Shown here: positions 10,675 through 19,199 of the stretch, piece after piece
How the letters are laid out: every line of letters begins with the position of its first letter
Numbering within the stretch: position 1 is the stretch's first letter
Assembly (NCBI GenBank): GCA_047947115.1
Contig: CP170459.1
Span: 2,976,001 to 3,040,000, forward strand
Source of the DNA: Verrucomicrobiota bacterium
GTDB lineage: Bacteria; Verrucomicrobiota; Verrucomicrobiia; Limisphaerales; AAA164-E04
Direction: 5' to 3'
Length of the DNA: 64,000 nucleotides
Position numbers and translations under genes: made by a program
Notes under the pieces: model-generated
Told to the model about the DNA's origin: nothing
Databases searched by the model: none
Seen by the model: the letters and a program-made list of their open reading frames with translations, nothing else

Positions 10675-11820
10675 ATGAACTTTGACTCCATGAGTTTTCC
10701 CCCGTTCAGTCTGTCCAGACTGCTGACCACCGTCTTTGCACCCAAATCTGGTGAACGCGTTGCTGTGTTGATCGATCTGGAAGATACGTCGTTGATGAAA
10801 GACTTTGCCTTTCTGAAAGAGGACGCCTTGACCATCCAGCGTAAAGCGCATGATGTGTTCTATCTTGGGCTTAAGAACGGTGTGTCAGATGAGCTGGGCC
10901 TGACCGGTGGTGACATCTTCGCATACAAGCGAACCGGAGGCAGTAACCTGGACTTGCCGGATGAAGCCTACGATGCGGAGGGAAAACAATACAGTTTCGA
11001 AAAGGACATTTACCCGCATTACAACATTCTACTTTGCATTTCCACCGATTCCGCGACTGCGCCCTTAACGGCCTTCGCCAAGCAATTCGGATTTAGAGGC
11101 GCCACCTTGCATGGTTTAAACGATATCATCCTGAACAGCGGTTTGGCGGTTGACTACAATATCATCAGCAAGGAGGCGGAAAAACTGCGCGCCGCACTGA
11201 CTAAAGCCGACGCGTTCCAGGTGGATTTCGAAGTGGAAGGCCAGTCGATGACGCTTGAGTTGATGACAGGTCAACAAGAGGCTCAGAAGAGTCACGGCTT
11301 GTGCCATGGCGAAGTGCCGGATGTGGCGAACCTTCCGGCCGGTGAAGTTTACTTTGTTCCGACCGGTGGTCAGGGACAGTTTCCGATGAAGTATGAAGGC
11401 GGAACCATTGGCATCATGGACGTGGCTGATGGGAGTATCCAAAAGGCAACCCTGCTCAAAGGCGATGCTGATATTATCGAAGCTCACAATGCCAAACTGG
11501 CATCCGATCCTGTGACGGGCGTGCTCGGTGAGCTTGGATTCGGCACGCAGGTCCTGCCAGTCTCCGGTAAGGATATTCAGGATGAAAAAATCTTGGGAAC
11601 GATGCACGTGGCCACCGGGCGAAGCGACCATCTGGGAGGTGATCTGACTCCGGATAAATTCGCCAAGAAACTCAATGCCACCCACGATGATATCCTGTTT
11701 TCACCCAGCAAAACCCCTGAGATCCTTGTGAAGCAAGTCCGTATGATCCGGGACGGACAATCCACCGTCGTGCTCGAAAACTTTCAGACTGCGGAGTATC
11801 TCTCGAAAGCTATTCAGTGA
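10675..11820 (+). CDS. M29-like (thermophilic metalloprotease fold) aminopeptidase
   Basis: NLPAGEVY, GELGFG, DEKILGTMHVATG and THDDI motifs. Confidence 0.65.
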   Translation: MNFDSMSFPPFSLSRLLTTVFAPKSGERVAVLIDLEDTSLMKDFAFLKEDALTIQRKAHDVFYLGLKNGVSDELGLTGGDIFAYKRTGGSNLDLPDEAYDAEGKQYSFEKDIYPHYNILLCISTDSATAPLTAFAKQFGFRGATLHGLNDIILNSGLAVDYNIISKEAEKLRAALTKADAFQVDFEVEGQSMTLELMTGQQEAQKSHGLCHGEVPDVANLPAGEVYFVPTGGQGQFPMKYEGGTIGIMDVADGSIQKATLLKGDADIIEAHNAKLASDPVTGVLGELGFGTQVLPVSGKDIQDEKILGTMHVATGRSDHLGGDLTPDKFAKKLNATHDDILFSPSKTPEILVKQVRMIRDGQSTVVLENFQTAEYLSKAIQ

Positions 11821-11837
11821 TTTACAGTGGCTTTTTG

Positions 11838-11910
11838 TCTCACACAAAGACACTCATTCACGAAGTTTTTTCAATCTCGATTCTTTGTGTCTTTGAGGCT
11901 TTGTGTGAGA
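11838..11910. repeat. REP-like inverted repeat built from 8-bp units
   Basis: TCTCACACAAAG (11838-11849) pairs with CTTTGTGTGAGA (11899-11910). The arms contain degenerate ACACAAAG octamers. It lies between convergent genes. Confidence 0.65.
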
Positions 11911-11936
11911 TGAATACTTTTATTGCCGACTACATA

Positions 11937-12449
11937 TTATTTGTAGCGGATGAAAAACAGCTTCAATCCTTCAGGATCCGTCTTTTGGGGGCTTCCAAAG
12001 GACTGGGGGACGGTGCGGCGGCCTTTCCAGTCGATGGGCTTGGCTTTGAGTTCGGGGTCGCTCAGGGGAGCGGTTGGGTCAAACCATTTCCAGATGGGGA
12101 TTCGATGCCCTTTGGAATCTGATTCCCGACTGTCTTGTCCGTCCATTTTCTTTCGCTCGAAGGGCGCGAGCCATTCTTTCAACAATCCGCCCGTTTCCAG
12201 TTTTCGCGGTTTTTTGGTGGTCAGTTGTGATTCTTCGGGCGTTTTGATTTCAGGGCTTTGCATGGTTGCCTGAGTCTGTGCTTCAAGAATTTTGAGAGTG
12301 GTTTCAGATAGAGCAGGTGATGGGGTTATTGTCGAAGCTGCTGTTTCCTGTCCGTAAAGCGTGGTGCATGAAATGATGGTTGCCAGCATTGTCAAAAGTC
12401 GGGCGGTGGTGGCAGAAGGATTTGACCTGGCATTGTTCAAATTGTTCAT
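11937..12449 (-). CDS. Hypothetical exported protein
   Basis: Fills the gap between larger genes; signal-like hydrophobic segment. Confidence 0.5.
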   Translation of the reverse strand: MNNLNNARSNPSATTARLLTMLATIISCTTLYGQETAASTITPSPALSETTLKILEAQTQATMQSPEIKTPEESQLTTKKPRKLETGGLLKEWLAPFERKKMDGQDSRESDSKGHRIPIWKWFDPTAPLSDPELKAKPIDWKGRRTVPQSFGSPQKTDPEGLKLFFIRYK

Positions 12450-12550
12450 GGTGTCTTTCAGAGTGGTTTTGCACAGTAAACCCCGAGACTTCTTACTTGG
12501 CAATCTTGATTTATCGGAGCATATTTTCGTTGAATCATTTTCATCCGGTT

Positions 12551-14578
12551 ATGAACACAGAACCCCGTTCCTTTTGTTTGTCGTCAGGTGGTTTCTTCCG
12601 AGGCGGTGGAGAGTCCATTTTGGGCGCCTGCTTGTTGATTTGCCTCTCTTTGTCTTTTTCATTAAACGGAGCTGCTGTGGATCGATCCGGTGACGCCGAC
12701 CTCCTGGCGCGCTGCAAGCAAATCGATGCTTTCATCATTGAACGCCTCCAAAGGGAAGGTGTGCAACCATTGCGTCCTGCTGAGGAAACTGTTTTGCTGC
12801 GTCGTCTGTATCTCGACCTGGTCGGTCGCATTCCGACGACGGATGAGGCCGGTCAATATCTGACCGCCACAAACCCAGGCAAGCTGGGACGTTTGATCAA
12901 GGATCTACTCGATTCCGAGGGACACGTGAGTCACGAATTCAACCTTTGGGCCGATCTGTTGCGTGTTCAATCGCGCATGCGTAATCTGCCGGGGCATCCT
13001 TATGTGGAATGGATTCAGGAATCGTTTCGTAGGAACATGCCCTATGATGAGTTCGTTTCCAATTTGATCACCGCTGAAGGGTATCTCTGGGATGATGGAG
13101 CTACGGGTTTTTATTTCCGGGATGCCGGGATGGAACTAGACCACATGGCGAACACCTTCCAAGTGTTTCTGGGAACCCAGGTGGTATGTGCGCAATGTCA
13201 TGATCACCCCTACGATAGTTGGACACAAAAGCAGTATTACGAACAGGCTGCTTACATCTATGGCGTGAAGACCAGCGATCCCAAAGCAGGGCGCAAGTTT
13301 CGTGAGTTGGGAAACAACAAGGCAAGGGAAGATATTGATCCCGAATTGAAGGTGGCCGCCCGGCGCATGGTGCGACCACTCCGCAGCCGCGTGTTCGAGA
13401 GCAGGACCCCCTTGAAACTTCCCCATGATTATCAGTATGACGATGCGGAGCCCAAGTCTGCCGTCTCTCCTCACCCGATGTTCGGGGATGTCAAACGTTC
13501 ACATATCGAGGGTTCCCTGAGGCACCAGTATGCGGCATGGATGACCGATCCTGAAAACCCACGGTTTGCGACGGTGGTGGCCAATCGTTATTGGAAACGA
13601 TTGATGGGAGTGGGATTGATTGAACCGGTGGATGATCTCAAGGACAGTGTGGAGGCCAGTCATCCTGAATTGTTGAAATTCCTGGCCGATACCTTGGTGG
13701 AAATAGGTTTTGATTTGAGGAAGTTTCAGGCCATCCTTTGTCAGACGGAAACCTACCAGCGTGCCACCTTGAATCGGGAACTGGATCCGGATGCTCCGTT
13801 CCTGTTTGAAGGACGTCCCCTGGAACGCATGCGTGCCGAGCAGATGTGGGACTCGGTGATGGCGTTGATCGTTCCCGATCTGGATGAACGTCCGGGGACG
13901 GTGCGCACGGACCGGAATTTTGAACTGGCTCGTCAGATGCAGGACAAATCCCTCGATGAAATCCTGGCGATTGTCGAAAAAGAAGATGCTTTGGAAAAAT
14001 CCATTCGATCCACACAGAACAAGATGAACCAAATGCAGCGTCGTTTGAGAAATCTCCAAAGGCAGAAACGCAAGGATCAGGCAGATGAACTTCAAGACAA
14101 GCTGAAGGATATGCGCGAGCAAATCGCCTCCTATCGCGCTGAATCGATGGTGTCTTTTGATCGGGAACGGGACAAGGAGCAAGATCGATGGAATGGATTA
14201 CCCGGACAGTTGGTGCGCGCTTCGGCTGTTCAGTCGCCGGCTCCGGAAGGTCACTTTTTGAGAGAATTCGGTCAATCCGATCGTGAAACTATCGATGCTT
14301 CCAGCGACGAGGCGAGCGTGCCTCAGGCTTTGATGTTGTTGAATGGACCGGTCATGGATTACCTGAAAAGCGGCCGGGCCGAACTGGCATCCGCACTCAA
14401 ACAAGCCGAAACGCCTGATGCAAAACTGGACGTATTATTCATGGGTTTCCTGACGCGCAAGCCAAGCGTCGAGGAGAAAGAATGGCTTTTGTCCGAATGG
14501 AACCAGCATGGCAATGAGGCAGTCGAAAAAATTGCCTGGATGCTTTTGAATGCCCGGGAGTTTTCGTTTATTCAGTAA
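12551..14578 (+). CDS. DUF1549/DUF1553 domain protein
   Basis: LLRRLYLDLVGRIPT, CAQCHDHPY, NRYWKRLMGVGLIEPVDD and VPQALMLLNG motifs. Confidence 0.9.
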   Translation: MNTEPRSFCLSSGGFFRGGGESILGACLLICLSLSFSLNGAAVDRSGDADLLARCKQIDAFIIERLQREGVQPLRPAEETVLLRRLYLDLVGRIPTTDEAGQYLTATNPGKLGRLIKDLLDSEGHVSHEFNLWADLLRVQSRMRNLPGHPYVEWIQESFRRNMPYDEFVSNLITAEGYLWDDGATGFYFRDAGMELDHMANTFQVFLGTQVVCAQCHDHPYDSWTQKQYYEQAAYIYGVKTSDPKAGRKFRELGNNKAREDIDPELKVAARRMVRPLRSRVFESRTPLKLPHDYQYDDAEPKSAVSPHPMFGDVKRSHIEGSLRHQYAAWMTDPENPRFATVVANRYWKRLMGVGLIEPVDDLKDSVEASHPELLKFLADTLVEIGFDLRKFQAILCQTETYQRATLNRELDPDAPFLFEGRPLERMRAEQMWDSVMALIVPDLDERPGTVRTDRNFELARQMQDKSLDEILAIVEKEDALEKSIRSTQNKMNQMQRRLRNLQRQKRKDQADELQDKLKDMREQIASYRAESMVSFDRERDKEQDRWNGLPGQLVRASAVQSPAPEGHFLREFGQSDRETIDASSDEASVPQALMLLNGPVMDYLKSGRAELASALKQAETPDAKLDVLFMGFLTRKPSVEEKEWLLSEWNQHGNEAVEKIAWMLLNAREFSFIQ

Positions 14579-14613
14579 GCCATCAGATTTCGATCCATCA
14601 GCCTCGATTCAAT

Positions 14614-15915
14614 ATGAAACCTTCACTCAATCTGGAAACCGGATGCACACGGCGTGCCTTTGCCGGTTATTTGGCCAAATCGCTTCTGGGCGTGGGTTTG
14701 GCTCCCTGGGCATCGCATGCCTTGGCGGGAGTTGCCTCCCAGTCCATGCCAGGCGTTGTTCGCAGGGGGGCGGCGACCAAGGTGATTTATCTGTATATGA
14801 ACGGGGGAATGAGTCATCTTGATACTCTGGACCCGAAAACGGATTCGGAGGTGCGTGGCCCGGTAGAAAGTCTTGTTTCCCCGAAATGCGGGATCAAGGT
14901 CAGTGAGTACCTGCCACGCATGGCCGGCCTGATGCATCACACTGCGGTCTTCCGTGGTATGCAATCCAACCAGGGGGCGCATGAACGCGGGCGCTATTAT
15001 GTTTGGACCGGATACAACCAGCGTGGCACGATCCAGCATCCCGCCATGGGAGCATGGGCGGTTCGTTTGGGGGGACTGATCAATCCGAATCTACCGGGTT
15101 ACGTTAAAGTGGGCGGCGACAGCCGGCATCCCGGTGGCGGTTTTATGGAGGCCCAATACGCCCCACTGCCGATCCGCAATCCGGACAGCGGCCTTCAAAA
15201 CAGCGGCAAACCAAGAGGTCTTGATGAAAGTGAATATGAAGATCGTTTGAACATGGCCAGGCGGTTTAATCGCAAATTTCAGGAAGATTACAATGTGAAA
15301 AGTGTCCGGGCGTATTCGGATGCGTATGAGAATGCGGTCAAGTTGATGAAAAGTCAGGATCTGGCTGCGTTTGACATCAGCAGCGAACCTGATTCCTTGA
15401 AAACAGCCTACGGCGACGATGCTTTTGGTAAAGGTTGCCTGCTGGCCCGGCGTCTGGTAGAGCGTGATGTCCGCTTCGTGGAGGTCAGTCTCGGTGGGTG
15501 GGACACTCATCAGGACAACTTCACCCGTGTGCCCCAGCGAACAGCCATACTGGACCAGGCCTTGAGCACCTTGATTCGGGATCTTTCCAGCCGGGGCTTG
15601 CTGGAAGAAACTCTGGTGGTGTTGGCGACCGAGTTCGGCAGGACGCCCAAGATCAATCAGAACGATGGACGTGACCATTATCCGAAAGCCTTCAGTTGCT
15701 TGCTGGCGGGTGGAGGGATCCGGGGCGGCTCGGTGATTGGGCGGACTGATGCCAAAGGTGCCAATGTCATTTCCAATCCGGTATCCATTCCGGACTTCAA
15801 CGCGACCATAGCCTACGCATTGGGACTGCCTCAGGAGGAAGTTATCTATTCACCCTCAGGCCGACCCTTTACGGTGGCGGACAAAGGCAAGCCAGTGACC
15901 TCGGTTTTTGCTTAA
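14614..15915 (+). CDS. DUF1501 domain protein (Tat-exported)
   Basis: TRRAF Tat-like motif; GGMSHLDTLDPK, GWDTH and EFGRTPKIN..GRDH. Confidence 0.92.
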   Translation: MKPSLNLETGCTRRAFAGYLAKSLLGVGLAPWASHALAGVASQSMPGVVRRGAATKVIYLYMNGGMSHLDTLDPKTDSEVRGPVESLVSPKCGIKVSEYLPRMAGLMHHTAVFRGMQSNQGAHERGRYYVWTGYNQRGTIQHPAMGAWAVRLGGLINPNLPGYVKVGGDSRHPGGGFMEAQYAPLPIRNPDSGLQNSGKPRGLDESEYEDRLNMARRFNRKFQEDYNVKSVRAYSDAYENAVKLMKSQDLAAFDISSEPDSLKTAYGDDAFGKGCLLARRLVERDVRFVEVSLGGWDTHQDNFTRVPQRTAILDQALSTLIRDLSSRGLLEETLVVLATEFGRTPKINQNDGRDHYPKAFSCLLAGGGIRGGSVIGRTDAKGANVISNPVSIPDFNATIAYALGLPQEEVIYSPSGRPFTVADKGKPVTSVFA

Positions 15916-15969
15916 GTCAGAGCGATTACTAACTCCCCGGTTCGTAAACAATGCCCAAAGCCCCCTTCG

Positions 15970-15994
15970 CAGAGCGGCGTGCAGCGCCGTTCTG
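15970..15994. terminator. Hairpin between convergent genes, possible terminator
   Basis: CAGAGCGGCG-TGCAG-CGCCGTTCTG, a 10-bp stem with one G:U pair; no clear U-tract. Confidence 0.35.
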
Positions 15995-16215
15995 GATCCT
16001 TCAGGGAAACGTCATTGCTTCCTAATCAATCAGTGCCGGGACATCCCCTCGTGAATAATTCCGTTGTGTGGAAAGAATTCTGACTTGGAGTGTTTGAATG
16101 CTGAGGGCTTCCCATTTTGGCGTCTTGGAATTTGGGTGCCAAAAGGGGCGCGCCGGGGACCGCACGATCTACCTTAGCTGGCGTAGGCGATGAAGCGGGA
16201 AATTCCAGGTGGGTT

Positions 16216-17112
16216 TTACTTGCTTTCCATGACGGCCAGCAAAATGGCCACGCACATCAGGGTGGCGCCGGTAAATCTCAATAGAAGCTTGCGGGCATCG
16301 GTTTCCTCGCTCGATTTTCCAACAAAGCGAGCAGACGCCCAAACCAGGATTATGGCCCAAAGTCCCCTCGAGCTGTAAACCACATTGACGCCGGTTGCGT
16401 TGTGGTAGAGTGAAACGGAAAGGGCGATGAAAATGGCCTGGAGTCCTGTCAGGAACGCTCCGGCGGTCAACCAGCCCAGTGTTCCTTTATCGAGTTGGCG
16501 CAAAGGCTTTTCAAAGAACGGAACCAAACAGGTCGAGAGAAGGGCCACAGTCAGAAACAACAAAGTCAGAAAGGACCGGACCCCAAACAGGGTCGCCCAT
16601 TCCTGCACCAATGCGTCACATAGACCAAAGCAGGCTGAACTGGTGATGGTCAATCCAGTGGCCAGGGGCATCCTGTTTTTCAACGATTTCAGATCAGTTT
16701 TGCCGAGGATATAAACAGCGACAGAGGTCAGAATGGCTGCCATCCACATGCCTCCGGCGATTTCTTCCTGAAAGACCAGCCATGCAAAGAAAGCGACGAA
16801 GACCGACTTGGTTCCCATCACCGGCGTGACCAGCGAGACATCACCCACTCGGATGGCAGTGAAGGTGATCCAGTGGCCGATGAAGAATGCGCAGGCTGTC
16901 AGGATAGGATAGTGGATGAGGTTCCACTGAATACTTTTTGTTTCCCAGAAAATGAAGGGCGTGAAAAACAGAGCCATCATCCAGCTCGTCACCACAAATG
17001 TATGCAGAGTGCCGGCTCCACGGCGAAATGCTTCCTTGAATAACAAGGCTCCAACCGCGTAAACCGCTGCTGCGATTACCGGCATCAGCAGGTAGAGAGG
17101 AAAGCCGATCAT
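16216..17112 (-). CDS. DMT/EamA family transporter
   Basis: About 10 transmembrane segments in two repeats; GDVSLVTPVMG. Confidence 0.85.
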   Translation of the reverse strand: MIGFPLYLLMPVIAAAVYAVGALLFKEAFRRGAGTLHTFVVTSWMMALFFTPFIFWETKSIQWNLIHYPILTACAFFIGHWITFTAIRVGDVSLVTPVMGTKSVFVAFFAWLVFQEEIAGGMWMAAILTSVAVYILGKTDLKSLKNRMPLATGLTITSSACFGLCDALVQEWATLFGVRSFLTLLFLTVALLSTCLVPFFEKPLRQLDKGTLGWLTAGAFLTGLQAIFIALSVSLYHNATGVNVVYSSRGLWAIILVWASARFVGKSSEETDARKLLLRFTGATLMCVAILLAVMESK

Positions 17113-17202
17113 GAAGGCCTTTTCAAAATGGCTTGGCCGCTGGTCGAATGGTCGAAAAGATTGGCTTCAAAAGCCGGGTGGCAGGTTGAGGGGGGGCTCA
17201 TC

Positions 17203-18144
17203 TCAATGTGTTTTATAGTGCCACACACCTTTTGCTTTTGTTTTGCGTTTGAAAATGGCCTCCCCACAGGTGGCATACAGGAAGTGTCTTCCCGGTCCCG
17301 AAAATGCCACATTACTCATGCCTGCTTTGGAAGGTTTGGCAATGACTCCGCTGATGCGGCCGGTCGCGTCGAACATTTGGAGTCCGATAGCGGTGGTGAC
17401 ATAATACCTGCCTTCCGTATCCACGGTCATGCCGTCACCACGACAATCGGTCCCGTCCGATGGTGAACGCATGGTCATGTAGGTGTCACCGTGAGTCGCA
17501 CCTTTTCCGGGGACGACGGCGAATGCCCAAACCTTGTCGCCGGTGTATTCCGAAACCGTCAAAACACCCATGTCCGGTGAAAAGCAAATGCCATTGGGGC
17601 CGGAAACAGCGTCCGTGATCCTGGACTTCTTGCCGTATGCGTCCAGGAACTGGACTCCATTTTCGGAAGTGTAGAAGATTTCTCCCTTTTGTGAAATGAC
17701 AAGATCATTCGCGTGCGTGTCGGTGGAAAGGATCTTGATTTGCTTGTTTTCATCGAAGACGAAGACATCGTTCTTACCCCACCTGCATCCGAACAATCGT
17801 CCGTCGGGACCAAACGCCAGACCACTGACCCCTGGTGCGTCTTCGATAAAAACTTCGATTTCATCATACTGGTTGATTCTGAAGATGGAGTTTTTTCCAT
17901 CCTGACGACCTGAAAAATAAAACCTGCCGGATTCATCGGTGCAGGCTCCGTCGGTGAAACCAAATCCACTTCCGACCCTGTGCCAGTTTTCTCCCTCAAT
18001 CAGGACTTTGGACAGAGCCATGTCACCCACGAAATTCTGGGCGTTCAGGTGCAGGGCCAAGGAACAGGCCAACCATCCCGCATACTTCAAAAGCGAAAGG
18101 GTTTGTTCGGAGTGAGCCAACAAGTTGCCTTGATTCAACTTCAT
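17203..18144 (-). CDS. SMP-30/gluconolactonase/LRE family protein
   Basis: PNGICFSPD, GDGMTVDTEGRYYV and NVAFSG motifs. The start is uncertain. Confidence 0.85.
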   Translation of the reverse strand: MKLNQGNLLAHSEQTLSLLKYAGWLACSLALHLNAQNFVGDMALSKVLIEGENWHRVGSGFGFTDGACTDESGRFYFSGRQDGKNSIFRINQYDEIEVFIEDAPGVSGLAFGPDGRLFGCRWGKNDVFVFDENKQIKILSTDTHANDLVISQKGEIFYTSENGVQFLDAYGKKSRITDAVSGPNGICFSPDMGVLTVSEYTGDKVWAFAVVPGKGATHGDTYMTMRSPSDGTDCRGDGMTVDTEGRYYVTTAIGLQMFDATGRISGVIAKPSKAGMSNVAFSGPGRHFLYATCGEAIFKRKTKAKGVWHYKTH

Positions 18145-18406
18145 GCCCCGCATTATGGCGAAACAGTGCTCGATGTCATCCACTGATTTTGCAAAGATAC
18201 AAAAATAGGGGAGACGCATTGGCCCGAGGGAGGGGGTAATGCCTGTGAATGAACCAAACACAAGCAAGCCAACGCAGTCTCCCCTTCCTATAAATGCGTA
18301 AAAAATGTCGTTACGGGTTCATTTTTTTTCAAAAAAAAAAGGTCCCCCAGAGATCTTTTAGACAAAAAGATCGATTCAGCCCGTGATCCTTCGTAAAAAT
18401 CGCCCC

Positions 18407-19048
18407 ATGTCATTGACGACCTCTGTAATCAAAGCTTCGGGTGGGGAATCGCCATTCTGGATGGCAGTTCTGCATGGCCTGGGCGATAGCATGGAAGGCT
18501 ACCAATGGATGCCGGAGCAAATGCGGCTTCCATGGCTTAATTATCTCCTGATCAACGCACCGGACCCCTATTTTACGGGGTTTTCCTGGTTTGATATCGA
18601 AGGGGATCGCGATCCCGGCATCGTGCGCAGTCGGGGATTGCTGTTCGAAACGTTGGACGCTTTTTGCCTGCAACATGAGGTGTCTGCGGATCATTTGTTT
18701 GTATTCGGGTTTTCGCAGGGGTGTGTGATGACCGTGGAAACGGGGTTTCGTTATCCTCATCAGCTGGCGGGTTGCATCGGTGTTTCCGGATTCATTCACC
18801 GGCCGGAGTCCTTGATTCAAGACCAAAGCGATTTTGCCAAGCGTCAGCGTTTCTTGCTGACACACGGGACCTATGATCCGTTGATTCCTTCAGAACCTGT
18901 AGGACAACAGGTGGAAGCGATGAAAAGGCAGGGCTTTTCCATGCAATGGCAGGTTTATCCCAAGGAACACACAATCTATGGCGAGGTCGAATTGCAATGT
19001 TTCCGGGAATTTCTCGAAGAAGCCAGGTCTGAGATTCTCGCCAGTTAA
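18407..19048 (+). CDS. Phospholipase/carboxylesterase (alpha/beta hydrolase)
   Basis: LHGLGD, GFSQG nucleophile elbow, HGTYDP and terminal EH. Confidence 0.9.
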   Translation: MSLTTSVIKASGGESPFWMAVLHGLGDSMEGYQWMPEQMRLPWLNYLLINAPDPYFTGFSWFDIEGDRDPGIVRSRGLLFETLDAFCLQHEVSADHLFVFGFSQGCVMTVETGFRYPHQLAGCIGVSGFIHRPESLIQDQSDFAKRQRFLLTHGTYDPLIPSEPVGQQVEAMKRQGFSMQWQVYPKEHTIYGEVELQCFREFLEEARSEILAS

Positions 19049-19199
19049 GCGGCTTGTTCACTGCTCCTGGAATGGAAGTGCTTTGGAAGGCTGGATCTGA
19101 CCGCTGCTCGGTGGCTTGCCTGTGGTTGTTCTTTTTTGGGCATAAATCATGCTTTCATTGCTCTTCATTGGCCAGTGACATAAGGGGTTGAAATGTATC

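Noticed and set aside
18322..18340. T8-C-A10 tract as a phase-variation switch or terminator
   Set aside because: It lies in a divergent promoter gap with no GC stem, and one sequence cannot show length variation.
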